Shown here: positions 43,430-55,216 of the stretch, piece after piece | How the letters are laid out: each line of letters opens with the position of its first letter | Position numbering within the stretch: the stretch's first letter is position 1 | NCBI GenBank assembly: GCA_964016885.1 | Contig: CAXHJY010001449.1 | Span: 10,782-74,781 of the forward strand | Reading direction: 5' to 3' | DNA: 64,000 bases | Source of the DNA: Eledone cirrhosa | Taxonomy: Eukaryota | Translations under genes and position numbers: made by a program | Notes under the pieces: generated by a model | Told to the model about the DNA's origin: nothing | Database searches by the model: none | What the model saw: only the letters and a program-made list of their open reading frames with translations

Positions 43430-43621
43430 CTTTTTTTTGTTTAATATAAGGAATTGTTTGTTCATTATTTGTTTAATATTTTATCTTGACTCTGTATACC
43501 GTTTATCTTTCACCGAAAGTGGATTTTCATTACATCTCTTCTTTCCATGATATCCGGAATACATTGAGTTCTTCATACGGATTGGACACTACCGTAAACT
43601 CTTGGTAGATTTATCTACATA

Positions 43622-43813
43622 TATGTATATATATATATATATGTATATATATATGTATATATATATATGTATATATATATGTATATATATATGTATATAT
43701 ATATATATATGTATATATATATGTATATATATATGTATATATATATGTATATATATTTATATATGTATATATATATATATATGTATATATATATGTATAT
43801 ATATTTATATATG

Positions 43814-43846
<33 letters not shown>

Positions 43847-43883
43847 GTATATATATATGTATATATATATGTATATATATTTA

Positions 43884-43932
<49 letters not shown>

Positions 43933-44081
43933 GTATATGTATATATATGTATATGTATATATATGTGTATATATATGTATATATATATATGTATATATGT
44001 ATATATATATGTATATATGTATATATATATGTATATATGTATATATATATATATATATGTATATATATGTATATATGTATG

Positions 44082-44119
<38 letters not shown>

Positions 44120-44419
44120 TATATATATGTATATATGTATGTATATATATATGTATATATGTATGTATATATATATGTATATATATATGTATATATATAT
44201 GTATATATATATGTATATATATATGTATATATATATGTATATATATATGTATATATATATGTATATATATATGTATATATATATGTATATATATGTATAT
44301 ATATAGGTATATATATAGGTATATATATAGGTATATATATATGTATATATATATGTATATATGTATATGTATATATATATGTATATATATATGTATATAT
44401 GTATATGTATATATATATG

Positions 44420-44450
<31 letters not shown>

Positions 44451-44468
44451 GTATATACATATGTATAT
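43622..44468. repeat. (TA)n/(TATG) microsatellite
   Basis: Direct inspection. Confidence 0.98.
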
Positions 44469-44890
44469 ACTTTCAGATACTTATCCTCCATAAACTCTTA
44501 TTATTCTCTTTATAATTACCCTTTCTGATTTACTTTCATTTTTATCCTTATTAATTTCATTTATTTTTATTTTTATTTTTATTTTTATTTTTATTTTTAT
44601 TTTTATTTTTATATATTTTTTTAATTTTACTTCACATCCACCAATAACCCCCCCCCCCCTTTATTCTTCGATTCACTTACCTAATATCTTCACTTTCCAT
44701 TTTTTACTTCCCAATATTTAATATGTAAGTTGTGATGTTGCTGTTCCACTCATATTTTCTATTTAATTTTGGTTGTAATTCTTTTATGTTTATTGCCTCT
44801 GTGATTTGTCTAGACATTGCGTCTTTTCTGTGTGTAGATTCTATTTTTATTTCTATGTTCTCTAATTTACCCTTGTGTTCTATTTTAGCA

Positions 44891-46572
44891 ACTAGGGACC
44901 TAACAAACTGAATAATAGGTAGTATGAATGTTGTGTCCCTGTATCCATCTATTGACGTGGATTTTGCTGTGGAGAAATGCGTAGAAATGATCAGTGAGAG
45001 CAATGTTGAGTTCCGTGGGATTGATACCAGTGAGCTGGGACTCCTACTTAAACTTACCTATAGTAATAATTACCTAGACACATATGACCTTAGCAACCTG
45101 TGCCCTACAAGACCAGCAAGAGGCAGACCACCTACCATTACCTCAATGGCCAAGAAAACCCACACAGATAGATGGAACGGGTGGACCAGAGCCATACGGA
45201 CACCCGAAAACCACGATGAACTGAAGAAAATGATTGCACATGCGGTAGGGGCCAGCATAAAACTAACCCTTAAGGAACATATGTTCAAATTTAATGGAAA
45301 AACATATGCCCAAGAGGAAGGAGCAGCCATTGGTGTTAGCATTGCAGGCGACATAGCTAACTTATTCATGGTATGGTGGGACAGTAGACTTAAACTTAAA
45401 GAACAATTAGAAGACCCCTTAACTCTGATAATGTACTCCCGCTACGTTGATGATATAAACATCGTAGTTAAGACACCCCACTAGAGAACAGTCAGGAACT
45501 AGAGAAAAACACAATGGAAAGCATCCAGCAAATAGCTAACTCCATCCACCAGAGCATTAGAGTTACTATAGACTACCCAAGTAAACACCCCAACCATCGA
45601 TTACCTGTACTAGACACAGAGCTCTGGTTAGATACCATTAATAACAAAAAACAAATCCTCCATTCCCATTATGCCAAACCCATGACTTCCAAACATCTGA
45701 TCCACCGAAACTCGGCCGTTTCGGACCATACCAAAATCAACATACTGATTGCGGATTTGGTACAGGTGATGAGAAACGTGTCCCGCATGTGCAACCCCGA
45801 AGAACTAGAGAGACACATACAACACTTCATCCACCGTATGCAGTTCTCTGGCTACAATCAGAGAGATAAAATCAGAGTGTATAGAGGAGCCAGAACCAAA
45901 TGGGAAAAAATGGTAAATAATGACATAAATGGGACCTGCCCCTTGTATAGGAGCAAATTTTGGAATAGAATAGAAAGAACTAGGAACAAGGCTAATAGAA
46001 TAAACTCATGGTATGATAGCAATAAATACCAGAGTGTAATGTTCATCGATACAACCCCTAGAGGTAAATTAGCTTACAAATTTAGAAGGGCCCTAAATAA
46101 ACATAAACTCAATATTAAGATAGTAGAAAGACCAGGTACCTCCGTAAAAACGATCATTAGCAAGACATACCTTTTTCAAAGACCCTCATGTATAGATAAG
46201 AAATGTATAACCTGTAAAATAAGCCCCCATATTAACTGTAAAACTAGAAATGTAGTGTATAGTATAAGATGTACCAAAGGACAATGTAGAGACAAAAATA
46301 TAGTGTACATAGGTGAGACAGCTCATAGTGTAGGGGAACGGATAAATGAACACTGGCGAGACCTTCAAGATAGTAAAGAATCATCTGTACTCTACAAACA
46401 TGCTAAAATAGAACACAAGAGTAAATTAGAGAACATAGAAATAAAAATAGAATCTACACACAGAAAAGACGCAATGTTTAGACAAATTACAGAGGCAATA
46501 AACATAAAAGAATTACAACCAAAATTAAATAGAAAATATGAGTGGAACAGCAACATCACAACTTACAATTAA
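44891..46572 (+). pseudogene. PLE RT + GIY-YIG, disrupted
   Basis: IGSMNVVSLYPSI (motif A with D>N), GAAIGVSIAGDIANLFM, YSRYVDDI, LPVLD; linker CIDKKCITC; NVVYSIRC...C...YIGETAHSVGERINEH...EAINI...LN. In-frame stop at ~44909 and a stop/frameshift at ~45482. Confidence 0.88.
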
Positions 46573-46775
46573 GGACAAAATGAAAACACACACACACACA
46601 TAGAACAAACAACCAACCTGTAACATGTAAATAAACAAATAAATAAATGAACATAAACATACACAGACACCCGGATGTGGCGCATGCACAGACTGAGCAC
46701 ACAACACACACACAGAAACAAAATGGCGTAGGACAGAACAAAGGAGAGGCAGAGAAACAAAGAAAGGAATCCCCA

Positions 46776-46818
46776 GTCACTGAAGAGGTCACAGAGTGTG
46801 TGACGAAAGAACTATGAC
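46776..46818 (+). ncRNA. Minimal type I hammerhead motif in the PLE C pLTR
   Basis: gtca-CTGAAGA-g-gtcaca(gagtg)tgtgac-GAAA-gaac-TA-tgac; stem III not palindromic, possibly mutated. Confidence 0.7.
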
Positions 46819-46982
46819 AATATATAAACAACTATCTGGTTGTGGAACCAACCAACCAGAAATTTATAAATATATAAATTTATAAATTTATAGATTTATT
46901 ATAAATTTATTATAATAAATTGAAGTGAAACAACTGGTGCGTGTGTTTCTTATTGGCAACATAACCCTCCCAAAGTATAACA

Positions 46983-47015
<33 letters not shown>

Positions 47016-47080
47016 TATATATGTATATATATGTATATATATATGTATATGTACATATATATCTATATGTATATATATAT

Positions 47081-47430
47081 ATCATCATTTCATCATCATC
47101 ATCATTTCATTTTACGTCCGCTTTTTCCCTGCTTGCAAGGGTGGGACGGGAACTGATTTTGGCTTGATTTCTACAGCTGGATGCCCTTCCTAACACCAAC
47201 CTCATTTACAGTGAGTGCTGGGTGCTTTTTTGCCGTGGCACCTGCACGACCACTTTGCAGTGGAATGATGTGGACCCCAGTCCCTATCATCTCATTTCTA
47301 CAGCTGAGTAAACTGGAGCAATGTGAAATAAAGTGTCTTGCTCAAGGAAACAACACATCACCCGGTCTGAGAATTGAACTCACAACCCTTCGATTGCAAG
47401 GCCAATGCTCTAACCACTAAGCCATGTGCC
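47081..47430 (-). mobile_element. Complete tRNA-derived SINE with RTE-derived 3' tail
   Basis: Minus strand: A box tggcttagtgg, B box gagttcaattc, centre tccttgagcaagacacttta, then ggttggtgttaggaagggcatccagctgtagaaa...ggacgtaaaatg and (GAT)n as in the RTE 3' UTR. Confidence 0.88.
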
Positions 47431-48055
47431 TATATATGTATATGTATATTTACATGTATATATATATATGTATATATATATCATATATCATCATCATCAT
47501 TATCTATAAAAGGCAGATTTTTGTGTCTGTATGTATGTTTCAATTTTATACATTTACACAATTCCGAAAATATTGAATGAATAATTAAGCAGAATGTTTA
47601 CAAATATTCTAACTTGGATCATGGGCGAACTTATTGGGTAAAAAATGCCACAATTTCGGAAAAATTTATTTATTTCAACAATCGATGATTTCCCCTCTCT
47701 CTCATATGATATACGTTTCCTATATCTACTCCCTTCATCACCTCCCCTTAAAATTGCTACCTTCTCTTATAAGTGTTTGTGAAAAAGAGAAACATTGAAA
47801 AAAAACATATACACACATATATGTGGGTGCATACACACACATATATGTTGGTATGGTTACGATTGACGTCATAGAAACAGGAACGCGGGAATTTCAATCA
47901 ATCAACGCATACACAGTTTGTTTTAGAAATGATAAAGAGGGAGAGAGAAACAAACAGACACACTAAAAGACGGATATATGTGTGTGTGTTTGTATTAGCG
48001 CGTTCAAACTCCATTTCGAAGCTGACTTTCATTTACTAAACTGTAAGTTTTTCAA

Positions 48056-48250
48056 TCGGCCTTACACTTTCAAACTATATTTTTCTGTATAAGTAACTTT
48101 AAGCCTCTATTTTCGACATAAAAATACACACATACATACAAAGACTTGTAAAGTTTTTTGGGGGCCTTTCTTATCAATCTTTTTACATTCAATTATCAGC
48201 CTTATTCTTTCAAAGTCAATTTTTATGTTGAAGTAACTTTCAACCTTTAA

Positions 48251-48282
<32 letters not shown>

Positions 48283-48740
48283 CACACACATACATATACA
48301 CACATACATACAAATACCTGTCACTTAATTTACACACACATCGGCCTTACACTTTCATACACACATACATACATACATATACACACATACATACAAATAC
48401 CTGTCACTTAATTTACACACACATCGGCCTTACACTTTCAAACTAAATTTTTCTGTAGAAGTAACTTTAACCCTTTATTTTCGACATAAAAATACACACA
48501 TACATACAAATACCTGTAAATTTTTTTGGGGGCCTTTCTTATCAATCTTTTTACATTCAATTATCAGCCTTATACTTTCAAAGTCAATTCTTATGTTGAA
48601 GTAACTTTCACCCTTTATTTTTCGATACCCATTTACTTACTAACATTTGTATCACAACAACAATAACAATATTCATAAACAGACAGTAGACTTTCAAAGT
48701 CAATTTTTCTGTAGAAGTAACTTTCACCCTTTCTTTTGGA
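48056..48740. repeat. Tandem duplications in the Helitron 5' region
   Basis: tcggccttacactt...aagtaactttca at ~48056-48245 and ~48424-48615, with shorter ctttcaaagtcaatt...aagtaactttca subrepeats. Confidence 0.85.
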
Positions 48741-48746
48741 CATAAA

Positions 48747-50742
48747 ATGCCACCTAAAAAGAGAAGTCGCCTCAGTCGACATACCGCGTCAGCAGTGGCG
48801 CAAAAGGCTACTATAGTAAACGAGTCCTCTGAGGAAAATGCTTCAAGACTTTCACAGACAGCCTTACGTTCAGCAGAATGTCGAGCCGCTGAAAGTTTCC
48901 AACAGCGCACCGCACGCCTAGCCAAAATGGCTTCAGACCAGGCTTCTTCCAGGGCTTCAGAGAGCCGTGAACAAAGGTCGAAGCGTCTGGCTAGAAACGA
49001 TGCGACTAATGCTGCTTCCAGGTCTTTTGAACGTTTAAAACAACGGACGGCTCGCCTTCCTACGAACGCTGCGGCTATGACTACTTCCATGGCTTCTAAA
49101 GATGCAGACGGGCGGTCCATTAGCATTGCAAATGTTGCTTCTGTTATTGCTGCCAGAGCTTCCCACGAACCACACGACCAATGTTCTACGTTCAAGCGTA
49201 ACAGTCGACGGCGAGAAGCTGAACGCGGTGTGACGAGCCCCAACAGCCCTTACTGGCACCTACGGGCTTTCAAGTATGTGCAAAACGTTAATTACTCGAT
49301 GCGCTCTGACATAAATATAGGCGAGATGCGCTTCAATTGCCAATTCTGCAATGCTACAAAGTGGGCTGGGGAGCCACCTGCAATGTGCTGCTTAAACGGT
49401 AAGGTCACCTTGCCCCCTCTTACGGAACCGCCAGAGCCTTTGAAGGAACTACTGACTGGTTATACCTCAAGGTCAAAAAAAAAAACCCCTGATCACACAA
49501 ATAAAAAACGTTCCTGGGGGTACCGGAAAAACTTTTGTAACGAATTTGATTCTAGCTAAGATTCGTCAGGAGAAAAAAATTGCGTTGTCCGTTGTATCGT
49601 CCGGGATCGCTGCTACTTTGCTGCCAGGAGGCAGGACAGCACATTCAACCTGAGACACCAACATGCAATATCAGCAAGAGTTCACACAAAGCTCTGGTTC
49701 TCAAAAGATGTTGCCTCATTGTTTGGGATGAGTGCACAATGGCACACAAGGGTGCCCTTGAGGCATTGGTCAAGGCCCGGAAAGACATTAAGGATTCTAC
49801 GGCTCCTATGGGTGGCGTAACCCTTCTGCTATCAGGGGATTTTCGGAAAACGCTGCCTGTCATCCCCAAATGGGCAAGAGCTGATGAAGTGCGTGCCTGT
49901 CTTAAGTCGTCCATGTTGTGGCTCCATGTGAATAGTTTGTACCTGAGCACAAATATGCGTGCTCATTTGCATGGTGACAACATGTCTGCAGCACAGAACA
50001 TTTTAGCACTTGGTGAGGGCAAGATCCCTGCGGATGACAAGGGTGGCATAGCAATCGACACCCTGTGCAACATTGTGAGCAGCCCTTCTGACCTTTGGGA
50101 AGCAGTTTTTCCTAATGTCTCATCTAACTTTAAAAGCCTCGATTGGCTCAGCGAAAGAGCCATCCTTGCTCCGAAAAATACCATGGTTAATTTTATTAAC
50201 GAGCAGCTGATTGCGAATATTCCCGGTAAAGAGCACATCTTCAAATCAGACCCCGACGATATCGTTAATTATCCGGTTGAGTTATTAAATCTCCTTGAGC
50301 CCCCAGGGCTCCCACCTCACATTATTAAGCTTAGGATTGGCTGTCCCATTATGCTAATAAGGAACTTGCGTCCACCAAAGCAGTGCAACGGTACTCGCAT
50401 GGTCGTCAAGTCACTGACACCCACTTGATTGAGGCCACCATTGTAACGGGGTGCGGAAGAGGGGAGAATGTTTTCATTCCAAGGATGAACCTTTTCCCCT
50501 CGGCGTCAGATATACCGTTCGATTTCCGGCGATCCCAATTCCCGGTGAGACCATGTTTTGCCATGTCCATTAACAAGTCACAAGGGCAAACATTGTCGGT
50601 GGCGGGCATCCATTTGGGGGAGCCATATTTCTCCCATGGCCAACTTTATGTTGCCTGTTCCCGCGCAGGGAGCAGGAATGGACTTTTTGCTTACTCTCCT
50701 CAAGGGATGACACGCAATATCGTCTACAAAGAGGTGCTATAG
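48747..50742 (+). pseudogene. Helitron RepHel remnant: N-terminal zinc-finger region fused to PIF1-family helicase
   Basis: IGEMRFNCQFCNATKWAGEPPAMCCLNGKVTLPPL; Walker A PGGTGKT at 49513-49533, SSGIAATLLPGGRTAHS, IVWDE, GDFRKTLPV, FAMSINKSQGQTL, FSHGQLYVACSR, NIVYKEVL*; frameshifts near 49650 and 50425. Confidence 0.9.
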
Positions 50743-51049
50743 ATGTTGGTGCAGGTGTTGGAGCTATGCCGTCTGGAACACTATTTCCTGGTAGGGTATC
50801 CCATGGCGGACAGATCTGACACCCAGCGGCATCAGGGCCACCATCTTGCAACTTTGGTCTACTAAATTCGCTATTGGAAGATTATTAACCCATCATTGAT
50901 TGACGTTAACTTATGTTCCCATCCCTTTCTGTTTTCGTTTATCTGACCGGTAGTAGCACACTGTAAACTTTAGCCATGTCACTCGAGAGCGACCGGCTGA
51001 GGTTGAAGGAGCAGAATAGCGGTCGCCCTCGGGTCCTCGATTTTCAGCC

Positions 51050-51342
51050 CCATGGATTTTATCTATTACATTCACGTATTATATTTCGAATACCTGATGA
51101 TATCACCGGATTCATACGGAACCCGGTCATTGAAATGATCATAGTATAATAAACCTTTCAAGGATTTACACAAATCCAGCCTCCTGTCATTTCATTACAA
51201 TATTTAACTCCGTAATAGCACCACCAACTACAAAAACAAAGACGGTTGAACTGCTTTACGTTGAGTACTCTCTATATTATTGCATTACGATTGACCATAC
51301 GGAATAGACCAGCTCTATACAGTGGTGAACCTCAAACCTGAA
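51050..51342 (+). mobile_element. Solo PLE pLTR/tail remnant
   Basis: Contains a hammerhead motif, ends in (TA)n, shares catacgga.t.gac with the PLE A tail (43574-43587); left boundary uncertain. Confidence 0.55.
51090..51147 (+). ncRNA. Type I hammerhead ribozyme motif
   Basis: atac-CTGATGA-tatc accggattc(atacg)gaacccggt catt-GAAA-tgatca-TA-gtat; palindromic stem III, AUA triplet. Confidence 0.75.
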
Positions 51343-51400
51343 TAAATATATATGTATATATATATATATGCATGTATATATATATATATATGTATATATG

Positions 51401-51456
<56 letters not shown>

Positions 51457-51637
51457 GTATGTATATATATATATGTATATATATATGTATATATATATGT
51501 ATATATATATATGTATATATATATGCATGTATATATATATGTATATATATATATGCATGTATATATATATGTATATATATATGCATGTATATATATATAT
51601 GTATATATATGTATATATATATGTGTATATATATATG

Positions 51638-51704
<67 letters not shown>

Positions 51705-51969
51705 GTATATATATGTATATCGATATATATATGTAGATATATATATATATGTATATATATATATATGTATATATATGTATATATATGTATATATATATAT
51801 ATGTATATATATGTATATATATATATATGTATATATATGTATATATATTTATATGTATATATGTGTATGTATATGTATATATGTGTATGTATATATGTGT
51901 ATGTATATATATATATGTGTATGTATATATATATGTATATATATTTATATGTATATATATATGTGTATG

Positions 51970-52001
<32 letters not shown>

Positions 52002-52035
52002 TATGTGTGTATGTATATATATGTATATATATATA

Positions 52036-52081
<46 letters not shown>
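51343..52081. repeat. (TA)n/(TATG) microsatellite
   Basis: Direct inspection. Confidence 0.98.
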
Positions 52082-52086
<5 letters not shown>

Positions 52087-52373
52087 GTGAGGTTTTTTTT
52101 TTTTACAAAATGAAAAATAACCGAGGTGTCCTACACGAGTGGAAGTATAAAGAAAAAGGGATGAAATCGAAAATGCAACTGAAGTCTTATTTTTTTAAAA
52201 AATATATATATTTATTTGGTTCCTTTACATGTGAGAAAAACCACAGACCCTCCATCTCAACTCACCTTTTGAAAAGCAGAAGAACTGCGAAACCGGTAAA
52301 GGAACCAAATAAATATATATATTTAAAAAAAAAAAATAAGACTTCAGTTGCATTTTCGATTTCATCCCTTTTT

Positions 52374-52380
<7 letters not shown>
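52082..52380. mobile_element. Fold-back mini-element (probable inverted PLE pLTR pair)
   Basis: ~84-bp inverted arms 52146-52228 / 52296-52380, 67-nt loop, 64-bp left extension, (TA)n on both sides. Confidence 0.75.
52265..52302 (+). ncRNA. Minimal type I hammerhead motif with U3-A8 core variant
   Basis: cctt-TTGAAAA-gcag(aagaa)ctgc-GAAA-ccgg-TA-aagg: all three stems pair, palindromic stem III, GUA triplet. Confidence 0.72.
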
Positions 52381-52446
<66 letters not shown>

Positions 52447-52477
52447 TATATATATATATATGTGTGTTATATATATA

Positions 52478-52524
<47 letters not shown>

Positions 52525-52630
52525 GTATAAATATATATATATGTATAGATATATATTTGTATATATGTATATATATATATATATATGTGTTATATATATA
52601 TATATATGTGTGTGTATATATATATATATA

Positions 52631-52711
<81 letters not shown>

Positions 52712-52771
52712 GTATATATATATTTGTATATATGTATATATATATATGTAAATATATATATATATATATGT
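52381..52771. repeat. (TA)n/(TG) microsatellite
   Basis: Direct inspection. Confidence 0.97.
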
Positions 52772-54235
52772 ATGTGGCGGAACTCACTGGATGCTGGATA
52801 TGTGCCAGAAAACCTTCTATCCCAGTCTGTTGTCCCAGTTTTCAAAAAGGGAAACAAATCCCTTGCCGTGAATTACCGTCCAATCTCACTCACCTCTCAT
52901 ATCATTAAGGTATTTGAGCGAGTGGTGAGATCGCGAATGACCCACTTCCTTGAGAGTAACAATATGCTGAACTCCAACCAGCATGGATTCCGTAATGGAA
53001 GGGATTGCCTGACGCAGCTACTGCATCACTTTGATGACATTTTGAGAGCCTTGGGAGAGGGTTCCAACACTGATGTTATCTACCTTGATTTCAGCAAGGC
53101 CTTTGACAGGGTTGATCATAACATTCTACTGAGAAAGCTGTCCAATATTGGTGTCACTGGAAAGCTGCTGCAGTGGATCAAGAGCTTCCTGTCAAACAGA
53201 ACCCAACATGTTGTAGTTGAGGGAGTCAAATCAAGCCCAGCCAAAGTCAGTAGTGGGGTCCCACAAGGCACTGTGTTGGGCCCACTTCTCTTCATCATCT
53301 ATATTAATGACATCACTGACATCATCAAACACAGCAACATTAAAATTTTCGCTGATGATTCCAAGCTCCAAAAGGTCATCAATGGCGTGGATGACCGGAT
53401 AAGCCTTCAGTCAGACCTACTGGCTGTTACCCAATGGGCAGAAAAGAACAACATGTTACTGAACGAAGACAAATTCGAACTGATCCACTTTGGAAAAGAG
53501 GATGCTCTGAAACTCCCGTACTCCCTTCCCTCCGGGGAAACTCTCGTGGCATCTAACAACATCAGAGACTTGGGAGTAACCGTGGACAGCAACATAAGCT
53601 GGACCACGCATATAAGCAGCAAAGTTGACATGGCCCGCAGAATGTGTTCCTGGATCCTCAGAACCTTCCAGTTGAGAGATTCCCGCACCATTATCCTTCT
53701 CTTCTCTACTTTCGCCCGACCACACCTTGAATACTGTTGTCCACTGTGGTCTCCCCACACGAAACAAAGTATCATGAAACTTGAAGCTCCTCAAAGGGCA
53801 ATCACGAAAAAGATAGATGGCATGTCAGACCTTGACTACTGGGGTCGATTAGAAAACCTGAAACTTTACTCACTCCAACGTCGCCGTGAGCGTTATATTA
53901 TCTGCATGATGTGGAAAATGTTCCATCATCACTGCCCAAATGATGTTGGCATCGCCTTCAAGATACACCCAAGGCTTGGGCCCCGTGCTATCCGTCCCAT
54001 TCAAAAATCTAAATCGCAACTCATAACAACAATACGGCACAATTATTTCGCCTCAATTGGCCCTGCTCTCTTCAACATCACACCAGGACACGTCAAAACA
54101 GAAACTGACCACACAAAATTCAAGAAGTCTTTGGACAAATTCCTCCAAGTAATCCCGGACAAACCACCCACACCCGGATATGTCTCCGCAAACAGTAATT
54201 CTCTTCTCGAATGGGCCATGGTGCCCAAATCCTGA
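52772..54235 (+). CDS. LINE ORF2 reverse transcriptase domain and C-terminus (487 aa open; endonuclease lost by truncation)
   Basis: [73 protein letters not shown]; the YI-rich N-terminus in the ORF track is microsatellite. Confidence 0.85.
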   Translation: MWRNSLDAGYVPENLLSQSVVPVFKKGNKSLAVNYRPISLTSHIIKVFERVVRSRMTHFLESNNMLNSNQHGFRNGRDCLTQLLHHFDDILRALGEGSNTDVIYLDFSKAFDRVDHNILLRKLSNIGVTGKLLQWIKSFLSNRTQHVVVEGVKSSPAKVSSGVPQGTVLGPLLFIIYINDITDIIKHSNIKIFADDSKLQKVINGVDDRISLQSDLLAVTQWAEKNNMLLNEDKFELIHFGKEDALKLPYSLPSGETLVASNNIRDLGVTVDSNISWTTHISSKVDMARRMCSWILRTFQLRDSRTIILLFSTFARPHLEYCCPLWSPHTKQSIMKLEAPQRAITKKIDGMSDLDYWGRLENLKLYSLQRRRERYIICMMWKMFHHHCPNDVGIAFKIHPRLGPRAIRPIQKSKSQLITTIRHNYFASIGPALFNITPGHVKTETDHTKFKKSLDKFLQVIPDKPPTPGYVSANSNSLLEWAMVPKS

Positions 54236-54320
54236 ATTGAAAGACTTCGCTAGGTGGTGCTATTAAGTTAGACATGGCCTGGGCCAATACTGGTCAAAAC
54301 ATTTCAAAGTTATTCAAAGT
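52772..54320 (+). mobile_element. CR1-group LINE, 5'-truncated
   Basis: RT coding region, ~85-bp 3' UTR ending in tandem ttcaaagtta x2, inserted in (TA)n. Confidence 0.9.

Positions 54321-55216
<896 letters not shown>

Larger units (their letters stand above)
36151..43621 (-). mobile_element. Penelope-like element A (C-terminal EN+, probably Hydra clade), full length, with direct and inverted pseudo-LTRs
   Basis: Direct repeat 36151-36330 = 42732-42911; inverted repeats 36151-36688 / 42947-43484 (one visible mismatch) and 42595-42911 / 43305-43621; flanked by (TA)n on both sides. Confidence 0.93.
44469..46983 (+). mobile_element. Penelope-like element C (different clade from A and B), 5'-truncated, with an inverted 3' segment at its 5' end
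   Basis: 44724-44890 is the reverse complement of 46401-46567; RT+GIY-YIG remnant; hammerhead motif in 3' region; flanked by (TA)n. Confidence 0.88.
47503..51050 (+). mobile_element. Helitron, internally deleted (non-autonomous); 3' end not found
   Basis: Candidate 5' end a|tctataaaa; RepHel N-terminus and PIF1 helicase present, Rep domain absent; no terminal hairpin-CTAG seen. Confidence 0.82.

Noticed and set aside
44469-44700. Hammerhead in the inverted UTR of PLE C
   Set aside because: Only ctgaaag at the TA boundary; no GAAA or stems.
44905-45484. Selenocysteine recoding in PLE C, as reported for Naiad PLEs
   Set aside because: Only one TGA plus a TAG/frameshift and a catalytic D>N change; the endonuclease is C-terminal; decay is the simpler reading.
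47355-47430. tRNA gene
   Set aside because: A and B boxes are present but it continues directly into a SINE body and tail; no convincing acceptor stem.
48747-50742. Host PIF1 helicase gene
   Set aside because: Intronless, frameshifted, with Helitron-type N-terminal zinc-finger motif and NIVYKEVL end.
50743-50851. Mariner-like QDG motif on the minus strand (LQDGGPD)
   Set aside because: No other transposase motifs; too short to support.
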